DNA of 64,000 nt from a virus (taxonomy: Duplodnaviria; Caudoviricetes). The translations under genes and the position numbers were made by a program. The DNA is taken from IMG/VR virus record IMGVR_UViG_3300025679_000005. One strand, 5' to 3'. Of the stretch, positions 53,413 through 62,391 are shown one piece after another. The notes beneath the pieces are model-generated. The model worked only from the letters and a program-made list of their open reading frames with translations, was not told the DNA's origin and did no database searches. Within the stretch, counting starts at the first letter, position 1, and the number at the start of each line of letters is the position of its first letter.

Positions 53413-53865
53413 TCAGTCGATGCGAATGTCCACCACTCCCGTAAGGGTCGGACCTCGAACTAGGGTGACCTTACGGGTTCGGCTCAGCAGCTCGTTGGAA
53501 TACACCGGGTTCACGCCAGGGGCAACGGCAATAGTTACGTGAGGATGGGTGTTGTGGGAGTAAACGTTGGGACGGACCAATACTGCCTGACCATGTTGAT
53601 CTGAGGCGTAGCCGATGACCACCATATTGGCGGAGGCACCCACATCAATCTGGAGGATTTCGTCCTCGTTCGGGTCGTACTTGATGGTCATGTGATGGGC
53701 AAGCACATGAGCGTGGAAGGGGATCCCTAGAGTGATCTCCCACCATTCGAGGAGCTTCTCCTGAGCGTCCTCGTCCAGAAAGACCGCTGCGTAGGGTCGA
53801 TCGTCTTTATTTGTGGGCAGCACAGGTGACGGGGTCCAATGCCCTGGCCGGCTCAATGCCGTCAC
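53413..53865 (-). CDS. 2H phosphoesterase (tRNA-ligase CPDase-like)
   Basis: HHMTI and PHVTI motifs. Confidence 0.8.
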   Translation of the reverse strand: MTALSRPGHWTPSPVLPTNKDDRPYAAVFLDEDAQEKLLEWWEITLGIPFHAHVLAHHMTIKYDPNEDEILQIDVGASANMVVIGYASDQHGQAVLVRPNVYSHNTHPHVTIAVAPGVNPVYSNELLSRTRKVTLVRGPTLTGVVDIRID

Positions 53866-54139
53866 AGGAGGTTACTGCCAGGACACACTTGGGACTCATG
53901 TTGACATATTTGTCCTGCATCTCCGTGCAGAACATCGTGCAAGTCTCATTGGGCACGTCAGGAGGTCCGGGCAGGTCATTGTTGTACAACGCCTCGGCTT
54001 CAGGGCATTTTAGGTCAGCCAAGTGGGCACACATCTTGGGGCATAGGTCGGAATTTGGGGGAGGAAAACCGGCTGTTGGTTGCTCAGCACAGGCTACGGC
54101 CAACCAAAGACCTAGGATAAGGGAGACGTGCTTGATCAT
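53807..54139 (-). CDS. Cys-rich lipoprotein
   Basis: Signal peptide with LAVAC. Confidence 0.7.
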   Translation of the reverse strand: MIKHVSLILGLWLAVACAEQPTAGFPPPNSDLCPKMCAHLADLKCPEAEALYNNDLPGPPDVPNETCTMFCTEMQDKYVNMSPKCVLAVTSCDGIEPARALDPVTCAAHK

Positions 54140-54201
54140 GGGTACCTATTCGAGGGGACTCATCGGTAGAATCGTGATTCTTCTTTTCCCACCGTAGACA
54201 T

Positions 54202-54993
54202 ATGGCACACGTCTACGGCTACCGCCCAGACCCCGTAAAAGCGGACGGGGAGTCCTCTGCCAACAACTTTTCCCTTCAGTTAGCCCCCAAACTAACCCAG
54301 GTGACGGCAGGAGACCCTGATCTCAGGCCTTTCTGCACAGTTACCAACCAGTACGACTTGGAGTCTTGCACTGGCAACGCCACTGCCGACTCAGTAGAAG
54401 TCCTGAATGCTATCCAGGGGTTGTCCCCGGTTCAGCTCTCCCGAATGTTCGTCTGGACTCTGGCCAGGAACATGGACGGGAACCTCTCCAAGAACGAGGG
54501 GACCCACATCCGGAATTGCTTCCAAGTGTTGGCCAGCTTCGGGATCTGTCGGGAGGACCTTGCCAGCGGTCAGGGAGGCTGGCCCTATGATTCCGCCAAG
54601 GTAGGGTTCCTACCTGATGTGATGTCTATGCGGGCTGCCACCGGGCATCGAATCCACAGTTATTACCGCATAGTTGAAACTGGTCAGGCTCGTATTGACA
54701 AGATGCTGGAGGCCCTCCGAGCCCACCATCCAGTGGTTTTCGGAACCCAGGTCGACGATGTCTTCGAGGGGATCTCGGACATGACCCCTTGGAAACGGCC
54801 TGCTGGTGCCGTCAAGGGTGGTCATGCGATGATGGTCGTTGGGTACATCACGGGCAAGGGCTTCATCGTGAAGAACTCCTGGGGTCCGGACTGGGGCGAG
54901 AATGGCTTCTGCATCATGGCGGAAGAGGTCTTCACCTGGAACATGACCGAGGACATCTGGGTCCCGACCAACGGCATGAACTTCAAGGCTTAA
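54202..54993 (+). CDS. Papain-like C1 cysteine peptidase
   Basis: Q...SCTGNA, GGHAM, VKNSWG. Confidence 0.9.
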   Translation: MAHVYGYRPDPVKADGESSANNFSLQLAPKLTQVTAGDPDLRPFCTVTNQYDLESCTGNATADSVEVLNAIQGLSPVQLSRMFVWTLARNMDGNLSKNEGTHIRNCFQVLASFGICREDLASGQGGWPYDSAKVGFLPDVMSMRAATGHRIHSYYRIVETGQARIDKMLEALRAHHPVVFGTQVDDVFEGISDMTPWKRPAGAVKGGHAMMVVGYITGKGFIVKNSWGPDWGENGFCIMAEEVFTWNMTEDIWVPTNGMNFKA

Positions 54994-55183
54994 GAGTATT
55001 CTAGTAGGAATTGGCGAGCCCAAGACAGCTTGTCTAACGCCCGTTGACCACTAGGTTGACTCCTTGTCCTGTTAGGTCTATTTTAGTAGACATATCTAAT
55101 GAATGGACACATAAAAGAATCCTCATTAGGTGTGCTCTGTTCCAAGTATGGCGAAATTATTGTCTTTTAGCTAACACCTAAGT

Positions 55184-56077
55184 ATGCCCAGTGGCCTAAC
55201 GTACCGTGTAGCAAGGCGCTACTTAGCCTCGTATTTCTCTGTGGGAGATACGGTCTTGTACGGACGCTGGAAGAACCACACCGGAAAAATCGTAGCCTTC
55301 TCCCAAGATCACTGGGGAAATCCGACAATAGAGGTCGAGCCAGTGCCAAAAGGCCGTAAAGGCAACAAAGTTTTTGGCCTGTTCAAGGTGTGGCGAGCGG
55401 ACGTAAAAGAGAACGCAATGAAGAAGCTACTCGAAAAGCAAGCGGGAGACACCATGAACAGCACCAAACGAGTCGTTGCACGATACATCAAACAGGCTGG
55501 CATCGAGGAAGGTCGTGTTTACGTCTCCGCTGAGGACAATGTCCGGATCCAGCGCTGGAGAGATCACTTTAGGGTTTGGGATCTGACCAATGCCGGCAAG
55601 CGTGGAAAATCCGTCGAAGGATTCGTCCTGAGTACCACCCACTACTACAAGGGTGACGCGGCGGCTTGGATGGACAACATGGGGAAGGTCTTGCCTGAGC
55701 AAGGGGACTACAACGCCATCGTGAGGCTGATCAAGGATGTCCAACACGACTATCCGAACGAAATCGAGATGTCGGAGTTCAAGGAAAAGGGGATCAACGT
55801 CCTACCCGCTTCTTCTGCGCCCATCCAGCTAGAGACGGACACAGGGATCCGGATCAAGGCTGACCCGCTGGATTTCTCAGTGGTCAACTCGGTCAAGCAC
55901 ATGGGCCCTAAAGGGAACTCCTTCAATCAGGACACATTGTTCTCCCCCAGGAACAAGAAGGACGCCCTCCTGTTCTATACTTGGCTAAAGACGAATCTGT
56001 CCAAGGTCAACAAGATGGACATGAACACATTGCGTGACACCTGGAGTTCTGAAGGCGTTCAGTACGATTACCACTGA
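55184..56077 (+). CDS. Hypothetical protein with RVAxRY-type motifs (possible virion-associated)
   Basis: YRVARRYL and KRVVARYI. Confidence 0.65.
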   Translation: MPSGLTYRVARRYLASYFSVGDTVLYGRWKNHTGKIVAFSQDHWGNPTIEVEPVPKGRKGNKVFGLFKVWRADVKENAMKKLLEKQAGDTMNSTKRVVARYIKQAGIEEGRVYVSAEDNVRIQRWRDHFRVWDLTNAGKRGKSVEGFVLSTTHYYKGDAAAWMDNMGKVLPEQGDYNAIVRLIKDVQHDYPNEIEMSEFKEKGINVLPASSAPIQLETDTGIRIKADPLDFSVVNSVKHMGPKGNSFNQDTLFSPRNKKDALLFYTWLKTNLSKVNKMDMNTLRDTWSSEGVQYDYH

Positions 56078-56414
56078 GGAAATCGTGGCTTACTCCTACG
56101 ACCGCACAGCGGGAACCCGCCTGAAGCTGGGTCCAGCTCACCCTGAAGCCCAAGCTTCTGCCGGGCTCAAGAAAATGAAGCTGAAAGCCCGTAGCCAAGG
56201 CGATCTCCAAAGCGCTACGTTGGCTGCGGCTTATGTTGCTCAGAGAGTAGGCAAGACGTACTTCCTTTACCAAGGCAACTCGTTCGGGCATGCCGTCTGG
56301 CGTTCCGACTTCAACCCGTCGAACTATCTCGACCCGATCAACAACACAGGCGGATACGTTTACTCTATCACTCCCGAGCTTGATGTTACGCGCTACGACA
56401 TCATCCGCGATTGA
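56034..56414 (+). CDS. Hypothetical protein
   Basis: ORF track; start may be GTG near 56084. Confidence 0.55.
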   Translation: MTPGVLKAFSTITTEEIVAYSYDRTAGTRLKLGPAHPEAQASAGLKKMKLKARSQGDLQSATLAAAYVAQRVGKTYFLYQGNSFGHAVWRSDFNPSNYLDPINNTGGYVYSITPELDVTRYDIIRD

Positions 56415-56436
56415 GCTGGTGTAGTAACGCCGGGCC

Positions 56437-57084
56437 ATGATTTTAAGCGGGCCGGAAATAGAGCGACAGGTAACGGGCGGCAACATTGAGATCACGCCGT
56501 GGGATCTCAAGAAGTCGAACCCCGCCAGCTTTGACCTGACCCTAGGCGGTCTCGGGGCCGTCTACTCGGAAGTGGTTGAGCACAGAGACCTGTCCGACCC
56601 CAGTGGTCGGAGCTTCTACCCGAAGGACGGGGTCTTGGACTCAGCCAAGGATAACCCTACCCTACAGTTCGAGCTGCCCAAGAGTGGCTTCGTATTGAAG
56701 CCAGGCATCGGCTATCTCCTCCACACTGAAGAGATCATCTGCGCTGAGGAGTTCGTGCCGGTACTTGACGGCAAAAGCAGTATCGGACGCCTTTTCACCA
56801 AAATCCACGAGACTGCTGGATACTTGGACCCGTCCTTCCGAGGGCAGGTCACCCTGGAGGTGACAGTTGTCCACGCTGTGTGGGTCTACCCGGGCATGCG
56901 CATTGGTCAGATTCGGTTCCACACGCTTGTAGGTGAATTGCGGCCCTACAACGGGAATTACACTGGGGACAGAGCGAAGGGCCCCGTGGGATCCCGCTGC
57001 TGGAAGCAGCTCGCTGAGGACGGGATTGAGACCCTTTCTATAGAACGCCTTGAGCGTGGGACTGACAAGTCGACTACTGGCTGA
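56437..57084 (+). CDS. dcd: dCTP deaminase
   Basis: NPASFDLTLG, DGKSSIGR, AGYLDPSFRGQVTLE, GQIRF. Confidence 0.95.
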   Translation: MILSGPEIERQVTGGNIEITPWDLKKSNPASFDLTLGGLGAVYSEVVEHRDLSDPSGRSFYPKDGVLDSAKDNPTLQFELPKSGFVLKPGIGYLLHTEEIICAEEFVPVLDGKSSIGRLFTKIHETAGYLDPSFRGQVTLEVTVVHAVWVYPGMRIGQIRFHTLVGELRPYNGNYTGDRAKGPVGSRCWKQLAEDGIETLSIERLERGTDKSTTG

Positions 57085-57397
57085 GCTGGGAGCTACTCCC
57101 GAAAGGTTGGGGACTACCCACACTGTAGAAGCGCTGGATTCGCTGAAGGCTGAAGCCCGTCAGAAATTCAAAGCCCTAGCCTTTAAGTACCACCCTGACC
57201 GACATCCCGGCGATGATGGCTTGTTGTTTAGAGCATTGAATGAAGCCTTTAACTGGCTGCTCTCTTCGAAGGTGACTCCTCCGGTAATGATCACCACGAC
57301 TACCTACATGTGCCCTGCTCCTAGCTATTTTGATCGGCAGGTGTCTCCAAAAAGAGTATACGACGCCAGGCGGGTAGTTTCGATTCGGCCCACTTAA
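57050..57397 (+). CDS. J-domain protein
   Basis: LAFKYHPDR (HPD motif). Confidence 0.75.
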   Translation: MSVGLTSRLLAELGATPERLGTTHTVEALDSLKAEARQKFKALAFKYHPDRHPGDDGLLFRALNEAFNWLLSSKVTPPVMITTTTYMCPAPSYFDRQVSPKRVYDARRVVSIRPT

Positions 57398-57421
57398 CTT
57401 TCGACCTCGGGATCCGTTCTA
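57394..57421 (+). promoter_or_regulatory. Class A promoter
   Basis: ATG at 57431. Confidence 0.8.
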
Positions 57422-57430
57422 TCAATCATC

Positions 57431-57622
57431 ATGAAGACCGAAGCCAAAACATTCGTTGATTTCAGTGCTTCCGGAAACCCTTCCGAGGTGACTGCAATGA
57501 ATGATAGCTTCGTCCGCAAGTGCGAGCTTTCCAAAGAGCAACAAGCACTACATAACTTCGGCCTCATCGGGTTTGACGCCTACCGTGCTTGGATTCTTGA
57601 GAATCAACTACCGTTGAGCTGA
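57431..57622 (+). CDS. Hypothetical protein
   Basis: After promoter. Confidence 0.55.
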   Translation: MKTEAKTFVDFSASGNPSEVTAMNDSFVRKCELSKEQQALHNFGLIGFDAYRAWILENQLPLS

Positions 57623-57666
57623 AAAGGTCTCGACTTTGCTCAGCAAAGTGCCTATGCTCCGCGCCG

Positions 57667-58092
57667 ATGCTCACACAGAATCAAAGTTTCGAAGAGAAGA
57701 TTGGGGTCCGCCTTCCGGACGGTACTCGCCACATGGCGGTTGTTAAGGTCGGCGCCTTAGACAGCGACGAAGACGTGCTGAAGCGGATCTCCACGAGAGT
57801 GGGTACGCTGTTCAACGTCACCGGCACCAAATATTTGGTGACCTGTCAAGATCCGTTCCGACTGGAAAAAGTAGTGGGCGACGTTTGGGCCCTACCCAAG
57901 GTCGAAAAGGCTGTTTCAGCTGTCGTGGCTCAAACAACTTCCGGCCCCCAGGTCGGGGAAACTTGGCGTCCGAAGGACCCACGTCGTAAAGCGTCTTTTA
58001 TTGTACTTGCTGTTGAAGAGGGTCACGTCGTCACTGATGACGGTCGGCGCATTCAACTGACAAGGTTCAAACGCTATGAGCGAGTCGGATAA
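57667..58092 (+). CDS. Hypothetical protein
   Basis: ORF track. Confidence 0.6.
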   Translation: MLTQNQSFEEKIGVRLPDGTRHMAVVKVGALDSDEDVLKRISTRVGTLFNVTGTKYLVTCQDPFRLEKVVGDVWALPKVEKAVSAVVAQTTSGPQVGETWRPKDPRRKASFIVLAVEEGHVVTDDGRRIQLTRFKRYERVG

Positions 58093-58258
58093 GCCAGTCG
58101 TAATACGATGCCCCAAACACGATGTGAAGGCAGATCTACACCAAGAGGCTGACCTCGACGCCTTCGTTGACACCCACCGTTGGTGCGGCGGCCTTGAGAT
58201 GTACGAGGGTGAAGCCCTCACGGGAACGTTCGACCCTCCAGAGGACTGGATGAACTAG
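58076..58258 (+). CDS. Small hypothetical protein
   Basis: ORF track. Confidence 0.5.
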   Translation: MSESDKPVVIRCPKHDVKADLHQEADLDAFVDTHRWCGGLEMYEGEALTGTFDPPEDWMN

Positions 58259-58386
58259 GCCTTCTCTTTGATGGCCTTCTTGTCGTTGGTGCGACGTACC
58301 TTCTTCGAGGTCTTCTTTGCCTCGGCACGCCTGCACCAACGGCTGGTGTCGCCCTTCATCTCAGCTTTCATCTTCGTGTAGGCCAT
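58255..58386 (-). CDS. 43-aa Lys/Arg-rich peptide (missed by ORF track)
   Basis: MAYTKMKAEMKGDTSRWCRRAEAKK...; after class A variant 58394-58421. Confidence 0.55.
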   Translation of the reverse strand: MAYTKMKAEMKGDTSRWCRRAEAKKTSKKVRRTNDKKAIKEKA

Positions 58387-58393
58387 GGTCCCT

Positions 58394-58421
58394 CATAACG
58401 GATGGCGGATAGAGAAGTTAA
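58394..58421 (-). promoter_or_regulatory. Class A promoter variant (CCGTTATG)
   Basis: TTAACTT-N13 geometry. Confidence 0.6.
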
Positions 58422-58454
58422 GTACGCCGCTGAGTGCCTGGTGTAAATGGGGTC

Positions 58455-58640
58455 ATGACCGAAGCCTTCCTTACTGCCATTGGAGCTTCGGTCTTCTTGT
58501 TGCTGGGCATCACCATCGGCTGGTTAGCCGGTAAGCGCCAAGGTCAACGAGAGTTAGACCTATTCCGTGAGGGTCTGGGTGGAAGCGTCCGTGGCGGGCC
58601 CTGCTGGCTCCGTACGCAGCTCCCGCCACACGACCCTTGA
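58455..58640 (+). CDS. Small membrane protein
   Basis: ATG 9 nt after GGTGTA; one TM segment. Confidence 0.5.
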   Translation: MTEAFLTAIGASVFLLLGITIGWLAGKRQGQRELDLFREGLGGSVRGGPCWLRTQLPPHDP

Positions 58641-58649
58641 GGTAATGTC

Positions 58650-58847
58650 ATGGGACCAGCTGAACGCCTCCTACGCAAGACCAGAGTCACTCGCAAGAGT
58701 TTGACGGCAGCCTACTCCGACAAGGTGGCCGGTCCGCTTTTGATCGGTGCCCGTCTCACGTTGAAGATCCCGTTCTCGAAGTTCGATCAGTTCTTCGCGG
58801 AGATCATCTCCGAAGCCGTCGAAGCAGCTTCGGCCTTGAAGCTCTAG
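58650..58847 (+). CDS. Hypothetical protein
   Basis: ORF track. Confidence 0.5.
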   Translation: MGPAERLLRKTRVTRKSLTAAYSDKVAGPLLIGARLTLKIPFSKFDQFFAEIISEAVEAASALKL

Positions 58848-59164
58848 ACGACAGGGGTTCGGGGCGACACAGCGGGGGAGAGCCTACGAGGCGCTGTGGC
58901 TGGCTTCTTGATGGCGACCCACGCTGGGGCAACCTCGGCGGCCTCGACGCTCAGGAGCTGCTTGTGAGGCGACAGAGAGGCATCGAAGCCTACTGCTGTA
59001 ACTCGGAAGCGGCCGTTCACGTCGAGCACTTCGTACCGACCACCATTCTTGCGCTCCAAACAAAACCTCAGAGCAACGAGGTCTCCGTTCCTGAGAGGCC
59101 CCGGTAGGTCGAGCTTCACTTTTGGCTCTCCTGAAACATCAGCTATTTTTAGCACACTGAGCAT
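58844..59164 (-). CDS. Hypothetical protein
   Basis: GGAG SD upstream. Confidence 0.6.
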   Translation of the reverse strand: MLSVLKIADVSGEPKVKLDLPGPLRNGDLVALRFCLERKNGGRYEVLDVNGRFRVTAVGFDASLSPHKQLLSVEAAEVAPAWVAIKKPATAPRRLSPAVSPRTPVV

Positions 59165-60062
59165 TTTGTCTCTCCTGTCTCACAAAGAGCTTGGCATCCT
59201 CGCCCCATTTGGTGTACCACTGAAGGTTCCGGCTCGCTAGCCAGTGAGTTGGAACTGTCACAGACCACGGTTACTAGGTTCCGTGTCCTTTCGAGGGCAG
59301 GATCAGCTTACTCCGAAGTTGAACAATCCTGTGAAAATAAAAACCAACTGCTCAGACCTTCTCTCCGATGGAGAAGGATCGCTCGTTCTAGGAACCCGCC
59401 TACGTTGCACTGAGTCAAAGCAACGAGGTCTCCTAGCTAGGTACTCCTTGAGGTCTTGGATGACCCAAGGGCTTCCGACAGCTAAGTAGAAGAATAGCCA
59501 GTGATGATCCAGAACACTTCCCAGAGCATCCACTCCCTGACCTTCTCAGGTAGTGTTCTCTCTACGTGTTCCATTCCCTGTCTACTAGATCAAGATCTCT
59601 CTTTCTATCTTCTTGATCTTACTATCTCTTCGAAGTCTGAGAACCCTCTACAAACAGCATCAGTATCGATAGTCGTACAGGAATACCAAGTAGTCATGCA
59701 TCAAGGAATAGTTCAGTAGCAGGTAGAGTAGTAGCGGTAGCAGACAGCTCAAATGGACTCTGTCAGAGTAGGTCAGATAATGTCATACCTCACGGGTAGT
59801 TAGGCTGGACAGCCGGACTATTGTCAGGTAAGGATGAGATACTCACTCCGAGTTGCTCAAGTCCTAGTTCTGAGGCGGGACTCGTAGGGAGTCTGCCTGA
59901 TGAAAGCCAGAGACCTCATTGCTCAGAGTTCTCCTGAGGCAGCTATTGCTAGGAAGACCTCGTGGAGAAGCGCGAAGCGCTATCCTCAGCAGATCAAGCG
60001 GCTCTGGATAACTTCGTTGAAGCTCTTCCTGCCCCTATAAAAGTGAACCTACCTCGATGATT

Positions 60063-60623
60063 TCATCTGAAGAAGGATGCCGTATACGCCCACTGTACGA
60101 CCGTATTACTATCGGTTTGGCATTGGGTGCCGAGCTGAACCGAACGGCGGAAGAGCCTACGGGCTTCGTCCGTATCGTTCACGGCCAGCGCTTCGATAGC
60201 TGCTTGCCACGGGTCAAGGCTCATCCACTGAAGGGCGCCACCAAACTCCACGGCGTGAGCGGGGGCTTTTTGCAACAGTGCCCAAGGGCTCAGGCCGGCC
60301 GCCCACTCCATCCACGCCGAGGCAAGTATGCCGAAGCGTTTTCGAACGGTGGGGGATTGGACGACCTCAACCTTTTGGCAGGTGAAGGGTACACCCAAAA
60401 TCTTTGCGAGGGCGCAACGAATGGTCACATCTTCCACCGCTGTGCCTCGGCTGCGCGAATGCAGCCTGTCGACTTCCGCCAGAACTTCGTTTCGAAGTTC
60501 GAGTCCCGGGTGATCCAAATACGTAAGCGCCAACGACAGGGCTTTGCGGCTCTGTGAGGTCTTACGGATCTTGTTGGAGAGTTCGGATGCGATCATTGGA
60601 TCAATCTGTTCGGAATTACACAT
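60063..60623 (-). CDS. Hypothetical helical protein
   Basis: ORF after minus-strand GGTGTA. Confidence 0.6.
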   Translation of the reverse strand: MCNSEQIDPMIASELSNKIRKTSQSRKALSLALTYLDHPGLELRNEVLAEVDRLHSRSRGTAVEDVTIRCALAKILGVPFTCQKVEVVQSPTVRKRFGILASAWMEWAAGLSPWALLQKAPAHAVEFGGALQWMSLDPWQAAIEALAVNDTDEARRLFRRSVQLGTQCQTDSNTVVQWAYTASFFR

Positions 60624-60812
60624 GAATATACACCGCAGAAGTTGACGGTCAAATGGCAGCGCTGATGGCTCGCGAAAGGTCTTATTTTCGCGAGTGCTCT
60701 TTCACTCTTGACTAGATCGCCTCAGCTCAATTATGAGGGAAGGCTCCCCAACTACGTCTTTTTCAAGGGACAATGTAGGTAGGGGTGCACGGGGCTTAAG
60801 TTACACGGACCC

Positions 60813-62348
60813 ATGGCCGTTGGGTCCGTACATGTACCGAAACGAGGGTTAATGCCGTATCCAACACGCTCTTCTAAAGCATCTTCCGTGCCGAAAACCG
60901 CCAGCGGGAGTACAAGCGGTTTATCTACGCCACGTAAACAATACTGTGGCACTGTGCCGCCTCAGGGTCTTATTCCGCTGTGGCAGCCTGTCACAGGTCA
61001 GAGGGCGATGGCGGGGTTGCCTAGGGACTACCGTGCCTTGTGGGCGATGTGTCGAAAACAGATTGTGGCGACTGCCAAACGGTGTGGCCTCACCAATACC
61101 GAAGTCCTCTCCGAGCTGAGGGAGCAAGAAGCCCTCGAAGCGTTCGTGACTGACGAGACAATACCTGACGAGATGTCTTGGGAGGACACCCTGGCCCTCT
61201 TGGGCCTCGATGATGCTGGTTGGCGTCGTACCCTGCATTCGATGACCAAGAGCAACGGCGATGGCTTGAAGTGGTGTAACATCGCACCTCTGCCCGCTCG
61301 TAACGGCGACAACCTGACCTCACGGGACATCGTCTATTACGGCCCCACTCTGTGGGAGGCTGCTAGGTTCCTCGACGGCTCCAATCAGATTGCTGTGACC
61401 AAGCCTTTCTGTCCTCGTAGGACTCTAGCCTTCAAGGAATACCTCGACAACATCTTGGCGACCGTCCAGCCGGTGGTGAAGGTTGTCGAAAAACCGAAGC
61501 TGACTGTTGTCCCGCCACCGGCCGTTCAAGAGATCCCTGTGGCGGTCACCCCGGACCCTCCTTGGCCCAAGGGGTTACCGAAGAACTACGACGGTGTGGT
61601 CCTCAAGTATGGTACCTACGTCCATGATCAGGTTCAGCGGTCATCCAAGATCAAGACCTCCGATGAAATCCAGGAGGTCTGCCAAGAAGTCTGGCTGAAA
61701 CTCATCAGAGCTGACGTGCTTCGCAAGTTCGCCGAGATCGCGATGTCGAAGCTCCCGTCTACGATGACCTACCCTCAGTGTCTGATTTTCTTGGGGATCA
61801 CTTCCAAGCAATTTTCTAGTGCGCTGAAGAAGGCTCCCTTCAGCATCAAACCCGTTCAAGGCGTGGAGTTAGCTGACGATGCCTTGTATTCGACGGCACA
61901 GATCGAAACGTTGGATGTCAGCGGCTTGCTGCCGACCGTCAGGGATCCAGATCGTTGCCGTCCTGAGGCGACCGAGCGCGGTTTCAAGTCCTATTTGGCG
62001 ACCGCTGTGAAGAATCACTTCAAGAATTTGATCCGGTATCGTAACCGCCGTCATCAGGAGCGGGGCCTGGATTCCCGTGTTGTCCTGTCCGGGGGGTCCA
62101 CCGGGGTCTATTCGAAGACCATGCTCTTGGAAGAGGCTAGCTCGTGGGAGGCTAATATCCCTGATGATACCGACATGCCTATGGAAGCTATGTTGGACCT
62201 GGCCTCGGAGATCCGTCGTCATGACATTACCCCCTGCTCTGAACAAGGTATGGCCGTCTTGGACTGTGTGGTGGCCAATTCCAGGAAGAACCTGACTCTG
62301 AGGGGGGCTATGGACTCCGTTAGGGCCAAAGTCCGCGTCGGGGAGTAA
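60813..62348 (+). CDS. Large protein with divergent sigma-70 region-2-like segments
   Basis: EIQEVCQEVWLKL ... FKSYLATAVKNHFKNLIR; start uncertain. Confidence 0.55.
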   Translation: MAVGSVHVPKRGLMPYPTRSSKASSVPKTASGSTSGLSTPRKQYCGTVPPQGLIPLWQPVTGQRAMAGLPRDYRALWAMCRKQIVATAKRCGLTNTEVLSELREQEALEAFVTDETIPDEMSWEDTLALLGLDDAGWRRTLHSMTKSNGDGLKWCNIAPLPARNGDNLTSRDIVYYGPTLWEAARFLDGSNQIAVTKPFCPRRTLAFKEYLDNILATVQPVVKVVEKPKLTVVPPPAVQEIPVAVTPDPPWPKGLPKNYDGVVLKYGTYVHDQVQRSSKIKTSDEIQEVCQEVWLKLIRADVLRKFAEIAMSKLPSTMTYPQCLIFLGITSKQFSSALKKAPFSIKPVQGVELADDALYSTAQIETLDVSGLLPTVRDPDRCRPEATERGFKSYLATAVKNHFKNLIRYRNRRHQERGLDSRVVLSGGSTGVYSKTMLLEEASSWEANIPDDTDMPMEAMLDLASEIRRHDITPCSEQGMAVLDCVVANSRKNLTLRGAMDSVRAKVRVGE

Positions 62349-62391
62349 GACCACTAGTCCTTCTATCAGGGATCCTTTTCAGAGGATCTCT

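Noticed and set aside
60796-60824. Possible class A promoter TTAAGTT-N14-CCGTTGGG
   Set aside because: Both boxes deviate, and the ATG it predicts opens only a 6-codon frame.
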